A stretch of DNA of 64,000 bases from a bacterium (GTDB lineage Bacteria > Babelota > Babeliae > Babelales > UASB340): assembly GCA_030629005.1 (NCBI GenBank), contig DAOVPV010000002.1:67932-131931 (forward strand), written 5' to 3'. Shown here one piece after another: positions 28,703 to 37,644 of this stretch (its first letter is position 1; the number at the start of each line of letters is the position of its first letter). The translations under genes were made by a program, and so were the position numbers. A model generated the notes under the pieces. It was not told the origin of the DNA. It did not search any database and saw only the letters and a program-made list of their open reading frames with translations.

Positions 28703-31303
28703 TTAAATCCTAGGATCTTTAGCGTTTAGAATTTTGTTTGTATGATTTTCTTTTTTTTCATTTTGATTCTTTTTAAACCTAGATTTTTTTGTATTGTTTG
28801 TTTCTGCTTTACCTTCAGTGTTTTTTGCACTAAGTGTTTTTTTTGCAAGTGTATGTTTTACAAATAAAGAATTTATGTTGCTATATTTATGTTCTAATAA
28901 TTTTTTATTAGTTGTTTTTTTTCTGTGATCTTTTTTTAAAATATTAGTAATATTTATATTTCGGTGTAGTTTTTTTCCTGGAGGTTCTATTTTTTCAGGT
29001 GATTTAATTATTTCTTCTTTTTTTATTTTGGGAACACGGTTTTTTGTATTGTTTTGTTTTATAATAATAGCATCTTTATGTGGAGTTCCCTTTATTTTAG
29101 ATTTATCTACTATTCTAAAGTATGGATCATATTTAATATTAACCTCTTTGGGTTGATTTTTACAAGATGAGTAGTCGTCTATTGGTCGGAGCATTCCTAT
29201 TTTTGCATCAGCAATTTTTTGTTTTACGGTTTGCTTACTTGGTCTAAAAAACCATCGTTGTATTGGGTCTTTATCTTTTATATAAGTATCACTATCTAGA
29301 ATTTGGTGTTTTGCAAAATCTAGTTTTAATTGAGTATATTCGTCTAATACGCCTTCAAATCTAGGTTTTATTATGCTTGGTCTTATAAAGATATAAAGAT
29401 TACTTTTTTCTTTTAAATTTTTTTTAGTTTTAAACAAATTTCCTATAATTGGTATATCTCCTAAAACAGGAACTTTATATACATCTTCAACATGTTTATT
29501 TTTAGTTAAACCGCCAAGAATTAAAACTTCTCCAGTTCCAACATTCACTTTTGTTTCTAATTTTCTTACTGTGGAATTTGGCGATGTTTGATCATCTTCT
29601 TGGAATTCTTCAACATCTACAAATATTCTTAGATCAACAGTTCCGTTTAAGTTTACCTTTGGTGTTAATCTAACAGATGTTGGAGCTTGTTTAGTCTCTT
29701 TGTCTCGTAAAAAGCCCGTAGCTGCAGATTTAGAAGACATTGAGCCTTTTACTTGTCTTTCTATTGTGAAGTCAACTTGGCATTCCTGGTTATTGTTTGT
29801 TGTTATATATGGTTGAATAATAACATTATAATTTTCTTGTTCTAATATTGCTTTTACAATACCCCAAAGATTTGTTGTATGTCCAAATGTTATATTTGTA
29901 CCTGTATTTGCATCTTTTCTTATTAGAGAGGTAGAATCAGCAGCTCCTGCTCCGATTAAATCAATTCGTGTGTCTGGGGCTGCAGATGGTGCAGTATTTA
30001 GTGCCGTCATAAATTGTATATCTGTATTTACGCCTAAATTACCTATTTTTTTAGGTTTAAACTGAGACCAAAGTTCATTATCATTTTTTGTTGTGATATC
30101 TACAACCATTATTTCAAAGGCTACTTGAGGCTGAGGTTTATCTATGTTGTCTATTAATCGTTCTAAACGTTTCCAGTCTTCATTACCGCAGGATATAATT
30201 AATCTATTTCCCCCTCCTCCACTTTCTGAAACTGTAGAGGAATCTATTTCTATTAATACATCTTCGAAAAATTTATATTCACCAACCTGTAATGCTTTAT
30301 TTATTCCTACAGGTGGTTGTATTATATTTTTGAGTAATGGTTTTAAGTTTTCTGCTTTTGCATATTTTAATTCTTTTATATGTATTCGTGACTTTGCTTT
30401 ATCAATTGGTATATCTACATATTTATGAATAAAATCTATTATTTTGGTTAGGTTTTTTTCTAAACCCAAAAGTATTAATGCATTACGTCTTGGTTCAGTA
30501 ATTATTTGGGTATCTTGAGAAAAATATGTGGCTTGTTTTTTATTGGCTTGAGCGAGCAAGAACCGTAAATCTTTTTGTTGTTCTGAGGGAACAATTTCTT
30601 TAAATATTTTTGCAACATCTTCGGCTATAGCATATTTTAAATGGATTATTTTTATAGATTCTCTAAGTCCGCCTTGATCTAATTCTGTAATTATTTTCAT
30701 TGCAGACTTTATAAATAAAGAACGCTCTGTAATTATAAGGGCATTTAAGCTAGGATTAGTTTGGACCTGGCCTTCTAGCATTTGAGATAAAAATTGTGCG
30801 ACTGTATCAGCTTTAATATTTTTTAAAAAATATATAAATCTTATAACTTCGTCATTTTTTGGAAGTTGTTCAGGTTCGATTCCAGAAAATATAGGTAAGG
30901 GTTCTTGTTTATTTTGTCCTTTTGCAACTATTCTGTATAAGCCATCAACATTTATTATTGTGTGCCCATTTACTTCTAACATTGTTAGAAGTAAATCCCA
31001 TGTTTTTGTTAGAGTTAATGGTTCTTTTGTTGTTAGAGATATTTTAATATTTTCTAAACTTTTGTTTGGGATAAAGTTTATTTTTTTTTCTTCACAGATA
31101 TAGTTTATTACACTAGATAAATTAGCATTTTCGAAGTTAAGATAAATATTAGCTTCTTCTTTGTGTGAGCTATTTATTGTATTTGAATGACTTTGTATAA
31201 AATTACTATCTTGGTTCCGAGTGTAAGTTTTTTTATCTATAAATAGAAAAATTGTAACTAATAAAAAATAGATTAAGTTATGTTTTTTTAGTTGTTTTAT
31301 CAT
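28703..31303 (-). CDS. Secretin, GspD/PilQ family (secretin 2), with a long lysine-rich C-terminal extension
   Basis: N0-like start YLNFENANLSSVINYICEEKKINFIP...IKISL. Secretin C-domain signature VPVLGDIPIIGNLFK...NLYIFIRPSII. 866 aa. Confidence 0.85.
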   Translation of the reverse strand: MIKQLKKHNLIYFLLVTIFLFIDKKTYTRNQDSNFIQSHSNTINSSHKEEANIYLNFENANLSSVINYICEEKKINFIPNKSLENIKISLTTKEPLTLTKTWDLLLTMLEVNGHTIINVDGLYRIVAKGQNKQEPLPIFSGIEPEQLPKNDEVIRFIYFLKNIKADTVAQFLSQMLEGQVQTNPSLNALIITERSLFIKSAMKIITELDQGGLRESIKIIHLKYAIAEDVAKIFKEIVPSEQQKDLRFLLAQANKKQATYFSQDTQIITEPRRNALILLGLEKNLTKIIDFIHKYVDIPIDKAKSRIHIKELKYAKAENLKPLLKNIIQPPVGINKALQVGEYKFFEDVLIEIDSSTVSESGGGGNRLIISCGNEDWKRLERLIDNIDKPQPQVAFEIMVVDITTKNDNELWSQFKPKKIGNLGVNTDIQFMTALNTAPSAAPDTRIDLIGAGAADSTSLIRKDANTGTNITFGHTTNLWGIVKAILEQENYNVIIQPYITTNNNQECQVDFTIERQVKGSMSSKSAATGFLRDKETKQAPTSVRLTPKVNLNGTVDLRIFVDVEEFQEDDQTSPNSTVRKLETKVNVGTGEVLILGGLTKNKHVEDVYKVPVLGDIPIIGNLFKTKKNLKEKSNLYIFIRPSIIKPRFEGVLDEYTQLKLDFAKHQILDSDTYIKDKDPIQRWFFRPSKQTVKQKIADAKIGMLRPIDDYSSCKNQPKEVNIKYDPYFRIVDKSKIKGTPHKDAIIIKQNNTKNRVPKIKKEEIIKSPEKIEPPGKKLHRNINITNILKKDHRKKTTNKKLLEHKYSNINSLFVKHTLAKKTLSAKNTEGKAETNNTKKSRFKKNQNEKKENHTNKILNAKDPRI

Positions 31304-31319
31304 TTATAGACTCCAACTG

Positions 31320-31865
31320 TTATTTTTTTAATCTTTTTGTTGCTAAATTAATATCAAACATTATTTTATTGTTTTCTTGTTTTTTTATAACAAGATCTTT
31401 TATATATACTATTTCTTTTGTACCTACTTCTTCCAGTATTTTTACAAGATTTTCTGTTGTTTGATCTTTAAATGTTGCTTTTAAAGTAACTTCGTCAAAT
31501 TTATTTGTACCACTAAGTTCTTGTATTACCGGTTCCCAATCAGGTTCTGGCGGAATAGATTGCTCTTTGCATAGTTGTTCAAAATATATATTAAGATCGA
31601 AATCTTTTTCTTGTTCAAGTAATTTTTGCAGTTTTTCTTCAGCTATTAACATTTTTTCATTTGTTTTAATAAGTTCAAATGTTTTTGCAGATAATGTTTT
31701 GGTGTTTTTTATTTGCATAATAAGGTCTTCGTTTTTGGAATAAAATAGAAAGCTAATTGAAAACGCAGCAATAACTATAAATAGAATTGTTAACTTTAAA
31801 TTTTTTTCGAATTCCTTTTTTGATAAACTTTCTATTTTATTGGTAAAATCGTATATTATTTTCAT
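31320..31865 (-). CDS. PilO/GspM-like bitopic inner-membrane assembly protein
   Basis: Single TM (LTILFIVIAAFSISFLFY), a coiled-coil segment, then a small alpha/beta C-domain. Its position between the pilMN-like gene and a secretin supports the call, which rests on context and architecture only. ATG 31865 is preferred over 31871. Confidence 0.45.
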   Translation of the reverse strand: MKIIYDFTNKIESLSKKEFEKNLKLTILFIVIAAFSISFLFYSKNEDLIMQIKNTKTLSAKTFELIKTNEKMLIAEEKLQKLLEQEKDFDLNIYFEQLCKEQSIPPEPDWEPVIQELSGTNKFDEVTLKATFKDQTTENLVKILEEVGTKEIVYIKDLVIKKQENNKIMFDINLATKRLKK

Positions 31866-31866
31866 A

Positions 31867-31888
31867 AACATTAAATGCTTCTTCCGAT
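31867..31888 (-). repeat. Dispersed motif copy 7 (one mismatch), in the intercistronic gap between the pilMN-like stop and the pilO-like start
   Basis: AACATTAAATGCTTCTTCCGAT occupies 22 nt between the stop at 31891 and ATG 31865. Confidence 0.85.
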
Positions 31889-31890
31889 TT

Positions 31891-33558
31891 TTATTCTTTT
31901 AATTTTAATTTGGCTGTAAATCTAATTCCTTGAAACCCTGTGTCTTCATATGGTTTTGGATCTAATCCAGTTTGTGGATCCCAAGGTTTTAATATTTTGG
32001 ATTCTTCAAATCTTTTTTCTAACTCTTTGAAATACGCGAAGTGATCATTTCCTGTTTTTGATCGAAATATTGCTTCGACTTCTATTTTTGCAATTTCATC
32101 TTCTTCGTATATAGAAATTTCTTCTACTGTTATGTCAAATTGACGTTTATCCATTATATTTGTTAATTCTTCTAATATTGTTAGAGCTTTAAATTTGGTA
32201 TTTTCAAATGTTCCCCACATTTCAAGTTTTTCAGATACTATTCGTCCGGCTTTATTTATTAAAGCTTTAAAAGTTAAATTTTTTGGCAATTTATATTCTT
32301 TTGGAAAGATTTTTAAAATTTTTTGTTTTTCAGTATTTTCAATTTCTTTTTTTTGATTTGATAGATTATATAATCGTATTGAGCCTATAATTAATATACT
32401 TAAGAATATAAAAGATGTAAGAATTATAGATGTTATTAATTGTTTCAATAGTATTTTATTTTGTTTTGACTCTAAAGCCTTTCTTCTTAAGTTGAAGCTA
32501 ATAAATGTTTCGGACTGTATTATGGAGGCTAATGGTACTATATATTTATTCCAATCTATTTTGTTTTTTTCAGTTTGATTAATAAAATAATTATTATTAA
32601 ATATTTTATTACAATCTAAGGTTTCACAATTAATTTGCAATAAATTTGTACCATAGTCATCTAAATTTTTTAAATGAGAATATCGTCCGGAAAAGACTAT
32701 TTTTCCTATAGCCCTTTTTTGACTAAGCTTTAGAGAAAATGAATTTAGTGTAAATTGTATATCATTAAAAAAGTCAAAAAAATATTTTTGTGAAATTTTA
32801 TTATAATTTTCATCTGTTGATTCAGATAAACCAAGTTTTAATATTTGTTCATTTATTTTTTCTGCAGAGGTATTCATATCTTTGGCGATATTTTTGATAA
32901 TATTTTGTAAACCCTTAGATAAAACTCTGGTGAACTTTATTACATTATTTTCTATTAATACGATTCTTGTGGATGTTAAACCGATATCTATGATAGCGCT
33001 TGGTTTTTTTATATTTTTATATTCTGCAATTTGATTATATAGGTCAAATATAGAAAAGAGGTCCAGAGTTATTTTTGTAGGGTCTATTCCTGCTTTTTCG
33101 TATATATTTAAAATAGGTTCGACATCTTTATTTCTTACAGCAGCAACCAAGATATTTGTTTTTTTTTCACTCTTATTTTGTGATGTTATAATAAAATCTA
33201 TAGTAGATTCTTGTAGTGAAAATGGTAATTGAGATTCTATTTCGTAATCAAGGACCATTTTAATTTTGTCTTCTTCTAAAAATGGTATTTCTATTTCTTT
33301 TAAAATTACATAGTTTGTAGGAATTGTGATGTAAGCTTGGTCAAATTTGCCGATTTCTGTTTTTAAATTTAAGAGAGTTTCTTGTTTACCTCCTAAAGGA
33401 AAAGGTCTTGTTATTGCTTTTTTTATTACAATTTGGTTTCTAGAAGCAAATGCCTTTATACAATAAATATTGTTTTCGTCAATATAAAAACTTGCTATTG
33501 TTTGAGAATAAAGTCTCTTTTTATTAATAAATTCTGGTAGGAAAATTTGTTTAATCAT
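31891..33558 (-). CDS. PilM-PilN fusion (GspL-like): cytoplasmic actin-like domain, TM segment, periplasmic domain
   Basis: PilM-like features (VLDYEIESQLPF, ILVAAV, IDIGLTSTRIVLIENN, GLQNI), a TM segment LITSIILTSFIFLSILIIGSI, and a C-terminal periplasmic domain. The ATGA overlap with the upstream secretin stop suggests translational coupling. Confidence 0.65.
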   Translation of the reverse strand: MIKQIFLPEFINKKRLYSQTIASFYIDENNIYCIKAFASRNQIVIKKAITRPFPLGGKQETLLNLKTEIGKFDQAYITIPTNYVILKEIEIPFLEEDKIKMVLDYEIESQLPFSLQESTIDFIITSQNKSEKKTNILVAAVRNKDVEPILNIYEKAGIDPTKITLDLFSIFDLYNQIAEYKNIKKPSAIIDIGLTSTRIVLIENNVIKFTRVLSKGLQNIIKNIAKDMNTSAEKINEQILKLGLSESTDENYNKISQKYFFDFFNDIQFTLNSFSLKLSQKRAIGKIVFSGRYSHLKNLDDYGTNLLQINCETLDCNKIFNNNYFINQTEKNKIDWNKYIVPLASIIQSETFISFNLRRKALESKQNKILLKQLITSIILTSFIFLSILIIGSIRLYNLSNQKKEIENTEKQKILKIFPKEYKLPKNLTFKALINKAGRIVSEKLEMWGTFENTKFKALTILEELTNIMDKRQFDITVEEISIYEEDEIAKIEVEAIFRSKTGNDHFAYFKELEKRFEESKILKPWDPQTGLDPKPYEDTGFQGIRFTAKLKLKE

Positions 33559-36377
33559 GACAGCCTCCTTCTAGATTTTAAATTTTTAAGGCTGTTCTTT
33601 ATATTATATTTTTTATTTATACTTGTTTTAGTGTCGTTTATTTTTTCTTTTGTTGGATTATCTTCTGGAAAATTTTCGATGTCATCATCTCTGTCTGTAT
33701 GAACTCTATAATAAGGATCATTTTTTATATCTACTGTTGTTGGTTGGAATTTAGCGCTAGCAAAATCAGTTATTTTTTTACTGTAATTTGAGCTTTTTAT
33801 ATCAAAGAACCAAGAATCGATAGGGTCTTTGATTTTTTGATAACTTCCTATTCTTTCCATTGTGTCTTTAGCTTTATGTAGTTTCATTCTTGTGTAAAGA
33901 TTTACACCGGGAGTTGTTCGTGGTTTTATTATTGTTGGAGATATAAATATAAAGATATAATTTTTTAGCACAGAGACTTGTTTTCTTTTAAAAAACCATC
34001 CTAGTAATGGTATATCCCCTAATATTGGAGTTTTTTGAAAATTTTCGGTTGTTGATGTTTTTACAAAACCTCCAAGGGCTATAACTTGTCCATCTGCAAC
34101 AGTTACATCTGTTTTTATTTTTTTAATCTCTTTACTACCTTTGGTTGCGTTTATGAATTCATCTATATTAATTTCCAGAGTTAGCCTTATTATGCCATCA
34201 ACATTTATTTGTGGCGTGATATCTAATGTTGTTAATGCTTTTACTTCTTTATATCCTTGAAACCCTGTTGGATCAAAAAGGCCTGTTGGAGCACCCTCTT
34301 CCATAACAACGTTTTGAGTATTACCGTATTCCAAGTGACCTTTTGTTTTATTTGCTACTGTCATAAATGGTTGTGCTAAGATACTTGTATGAGATTGAGT
34401 ATTAAGCGCTTTAAATACTCCCCAAAGATTGGAGTCTTTTCCAAATGATATTATTGTTGAACCAAGGCCGCCGCTTACAGCGTTAATCATATTTCCTAAA
34501 AGATTTCGAGGATCTTCTGTACTGTAAACTATTGGACCATCGCCAGTAGCAGATTGATAATTTATGTTGCTACCAATTTGGCCTGATTTTTTATTTCTAA
34601 TACTGCCACCCAATTCTTTTCTGTCGTCAATTGCGATTGTTACAAATAAACTTTCTAGAGCGACTTGGGGTTGAGGTTTGTCTAAATCTTTTATTGTTTT
34701 TTTTAATAAGTTCCAATCTTGTTTATCTGTGGAAGAAACAATTAATCTATTTCCGTCTTTATCTACTTCAAATTTCATTGCTTTAAAATATTTTACACCA
34801 TCCCTTACTGCACCATATTTTGCAACTTGTTCGCCTATTGCAGAAACATCGGTTACGCTTTCTAATATTGTTTTTATCTGTTCTGCATCTGTATGTTGTA
34901 ATTCATAGATATGTAATGGGGATATTGTTTCTTTTAACTCCGTATCTAGATGTTCTGTTATAAATTCTACAATTTTATCGATAGATTGTTTTGTGCCTAA
35001 TAGCACTAGGGAGTTAGATCGTTCTATGACTATCATTCTTGTTGTTGGAGAAAAGTATTGTAAGTTTGCTTCTGCTTGTTTTCCCATTAATCTCGCAAGA
35101 GGACTTTGGTTTTCGGTTTTATTCATTAAACTTTCAAAAAGTGCTTTTACATCAGTTGCATTTATTCTTTTAAGTTTTACAACGGTAACGGTTTCTTGTA
35201 AGCCTGTTTGGTCTAGAGCATGAATCACCTTCATTGCAGATTTTATATTATAAGATTTGTCTGTAATTATAAGTCCATTAACTTCTGGGTATGGTATTAT
35301 ATTATGTTCTGGGCTTAACATGCTATTTAAAATGGGCTGTATACTTGTAACATCGACATTTTCTAGAAATGTTACATATCTTATATTTTCATCGCTGTCT
35401 GGTAATGTTTCTGCTGGAACGTTTATATATGCGGGTAATGGTTGTTTTGTTTTATTTGTTTTTGGCATAACTACATAAACATCGCCTATTTTGATTATGC
35501 TAAATCCTGACATTTCTAATACAGTTAAAAATACATTCCAGGCTTGTTCTATACTTAAGGCCTCTCTAATATTGAGAGATATTTTTACACCTTCTATGGC
35601 TTTATCAGGAATAAGATTTAAGTTTTTTATATCAGCGATATAAGCTATAAAATTAGATAATTCTGCGTTTTCAAAGTTAAGGTAAATATCTTTTTTTTCT
35701 GTGGTTTCTTTGGTTGTTAAATCTTTTTCTTGAGAATCTATTTCATCTGGAATATTAGCTATTTGTTTTTTTATTGTTTGTATGGAATCTGCTTTTTCTT
35801 CGCCTATTGCTTCTTCGGCTATTTCTTCTTTGTCTTCAGCTATTTCTTCTTTGTCTGAGGCTGTTTCTTCTTCTTCGTCTGAGGCTGTTTCTTCTTTGTC
35901 TTCGGCTATTTCTTCTTCTTCGTCTGAGGTTATTTCTTCTTTGTCTTCGGCTATTTCTTCTTCTTCGTCTGAGGTTATTTCTTCTTCGGCTTCGTCTAAG
36001 GTTGTTTCTTCTTCGACTGTGGCCGTTTCTTCTTCGTCTTCAACATCATCTTTTTCAGCTTCTATTATTGGTTTTTCAGGTTCTTGTTTTTTTGTGGCTT
36101 CTTCTTTGTCTTTGTTGTTGTTAGATATTTTAGATTGTTTTGGGATTTTATTTTGATTTTTATTATTAGTTGTTTCTGTTTTTGTTATAGTTTTTTCTTT
36201 GTTCCTGTTTTCTTTGTTACCAGAGGGTGTTTTAGTTTCTAAAGATATTTTTTTATTTATATTTTCTTCTTTATTTGGTGGTATTGCTGTGGTTGCATTT
36301 TTTTTTATTAGCTCTTGAGAGAATGTTGTTCCTGAGGTTAAGAACAAAAATAAAATTAAAAAATTTTTTTTATTCAT
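33555..36377 (-). CDS. Secretin, GspD/PilQ family (secretin 1), with an N-terminal acidic repeat region
   Basis: Signal peptide, D/E-rich repeats, N0-like YLNFENAELSNFIAYIADIKNLNLIP...VKISL, and the secretin signature TPILGDIPLLGWFFKRK...NYIFIFISPTII. 940 aa. Confidence 0.85.
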   Translation of the reverse strand: MNKKNFLILFLFLTSGTTFSQELIKKNATTAIPPNKEENINKKISLETKTPSGNKENRNKEKTITKTETTNNKNQNKIPKQSKISNNNKDKEEATKKQEPEKPIIEAEKDDVEDEEETATVEEETTLDEAEEEITSDEEEEIAEDKEEITSDEEEEIAEDKEETASDEEEETASDKEEIAEDKEEIAEEAIGEEKADSIQTIKKQIANIPDEIDSQEKDLTTKETTEKKDIYLNFENAELSNFIAYIADIKNLNLIPDKAIEGVKISLNIREALSIEQAWNVFLTVLEMSGFSIIKIGDVYVVMPKTNKTKQPLPAYINVPAETLPDSDENIRYVTFLENVDVTSIQPILNSMLSPEHNIIPYPEVNGLIITDKSYNIKSAMKVIHALDQTGLQETVTVVKLKRINATDVKALFESLMNKTENQSPLARLMGKQAEANLQYFSPTTRMIVIERSNSLVLLGTKQSIDKIVEFITEHLDTELKETISPLHIYELQHTDAEQIKTILESVTDVSAIGEQVAKYGAVRDGVKYFKAMKFEVDKDGNRLIVSSTDKQDWNLLKKTIKDLDKPQPQVALESLFVTIAIDDRKELGGSIRNKKSGQIGSNINYQSATGDGPIVYSTEDPRNLLGNMINAVSGGLGSTIISFGKDSNLWGVFKALNTQSHTSILAQPFMTVANKTKGHLEYGNTQNVVMEEGAPTGLFDPTGFQGYKEVKALTTLDITPQINVDGIIRLTLEINIDEFINATKGSKEIKKIKTDVTVADGQVIALGGFVKTSTTENFQKTPILGDIPLLGWFFKRKQVSVLKNYIFIFISPTIIKPRTTPGVNLYTRMKLHKAKDTMERIGSYQKIKDPIDSWFFDIKSSNYSKKITDFASAKFQPTTVDIKNDPYYRVHTDRDDDIENFPEDNPTKEKINDTKTSINKKYNIKNSLKNLKSRRRLS
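35808..35987 (-). repeat. 45-bp tandem coding repeat (about 4 units) encoding EEITSDEEEEIAEDK-type acidic units
   Basis: Protein reads EEITSDEEEEIAEDK EEITSDEEEEIAEDK EETASDEEEETASDK EEIAEDKEEIAEE. The DNA shows the matching period-45 repetition. Confidence 0.85.
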
Positions 36378-36399
36378 ATTTATTCCATTTATTAATTAT

Positions 36400-37542
36400 T
36401 TACCGTATTCTTCGGTTCATGGATCTTGCATTCATGCTTTGTAATATTCGTTTTTTTATATCTGTAATTATGTCTTCTTGTTTTGGTGTTCTATGTTGTT
36501 TTTCAAATTTTTTTATTTGTTTTGCTCTCTCTTGTTCCTTGCTTTGTTTTAGCATTTCACTTGTTGATGGAGCTTGTTCTTCTGATTCTGGTTCAGCAGG
36601 GCTTAAGAATATTTTTTTTATGGGTTTTTCTATTTTTTCTAATTTATAGTTTATTGTTATAAGATTGTTATTTCTTTTAAGGACAAGTTTAATTGTATTT
36701 CCAATCTTTGATTTAGTTATTTTATCAAAAATTTTTATTCTATTTTTATCTTGAGTTGTTTTTATATCACATATGTTTGTAAAAATATCCCCTTTTTTTA
36801 ATCCGGTTATATTTACAATTTCACTGTCGCATGAATTTCCGATTTTAAGTCCAATGAGTTTTCCATTTTCGTAAGCAGGAATTAAGGAATATTTTTCTAG
36901 AGCTTGTCCTAGAGATTTTACTCTTTTTATAAAAGCATCTGGATCAACTATAAAATTAATGTTGTCTATTTTTTTTATGGTGTATTCCCAAAAATTTGGC
37001 GTGGTTCTTCTTGTTGCATTTTCTTCTCTTAACAAATAGATTTCTTGTTGACCATTTGCTCTTAAAACAATGACTCTGTTTTTAGATATTTTTATTATTT
37101 GTCCATCTTTAAATAAATTACCAAGACGATATATTGATTCTTTATTTGTTTCATCCAAAATTAAAGCAATACTTTTTTCTTCGTTTAGAGATGAAATTAT
37201 CCCACTTAACTTAAGATTTAGTGAATCTATAAATGTAGGTTTTGCTGGTTCTGGGGGTATTGCTATTTGATGTGGTTCATATTCTGGGATAGGTGTTATT
37301 AAATCTTTTTTTGTAGGCTTAATTTTTGGTGTTGCGACATAGGTGTCAAACAAATCCTGTGTGTATATTTTTTCGATATCTAAAGGTTTTTGTTGAATTT
37401 CTTTTTCTTCAGGTCGTTTTTTTTCTATTAATTGTTTTTTTAACAGAACTCTTTTTTTTTCTAATAAATAAATATTTAATACTAGTGTAGTAATAAATAT
37501 TACTAAAAGAGAACTATTTAAAAGCCATAAAGATTGTTTCAT
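36400..37542 (-). CDS. GspC-like protein (TM, HR/PilP-like domain, PDZ-like domain)
   Basis: N-terminal TM. LKLSGIISSLNEEKSIALILDE...YRLGNLFKDGQIIKISKNRVIVLRANGQQEIYL fits the secretin-binding HR domain pattern. A PDZ-like GLKIGN...ITGLKKGDIF follows. Located directly upstream of a secretin. Confidence 0.6.
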   Translation of the reverse strand: MKQSLWLLNSSLLVIFITTLVLNIYLLEKKRVLLKKQLIEKKRPEEKEIQQKPLDIEKIYTQDLFDTYVATPKIKPTKKDLITPIPEYEPHQIAIPPEPAKPTFIDSLNLKLSGIISSLNEEKSIALILDETNKESIYRLGNLFKDGQIIKISKNRVIVLRANGQQEIYLLREENATRRTTPNFWEYTIKKIDNINFIVDPDAFIKRVKSLGQALEKYSLIPAYENGKLIGLKIGNSCDSEIVNITGLKKGDIFTNICDIKTTQDKNRIKIFDKITKSKIGNTIKLVLKRNNNLITINYKLEKIEKPIKKIFLSPAEPESEEQAPSTSEMLKQSKEQERAKQIKKFEKQHRTPKQEDIITDIKKRILQSMNARSMNRRIR

Positions 37543-37644
37543 AACTAAATCACCCTTCTGCAGAGAATGAAGATAATTTTCTTAATAGAGTTTTGTCAAG
37601 TAAATGTTCAAGAATTACTTTTTACCAATACTTTCCTAGACGCT

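Noticed and set aside
21752-36056. Possible CRISPR arrays (tandem repeats at 21752-22108 and 35808-35987)
   Set aside because: Both are in-frame coding repeats (ankyrin units and acidic units) with no unique spacers of CRISPR size and no cas genes in the window.
35774-36156. Two plus-strand ORFs (116 and 124 aa; Leu/Arg-rich and Ser-rich)
   Set aside because: They are the antisense reading of the acidic 45-bp repeat in secretin 1. They are low-complexity artefacts with no independent start signals.
37543-37644. Promoter upstream of the gspC-like gene (TTGACA on the minus strand at 37599-37594)
   Set aside because: The -35 hexamer is perfect, but the hexamer 17 nt downstream (TTATCT) is a poor -10 and no -24/-12 element is visible. 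Too uncertain to list as a feature.
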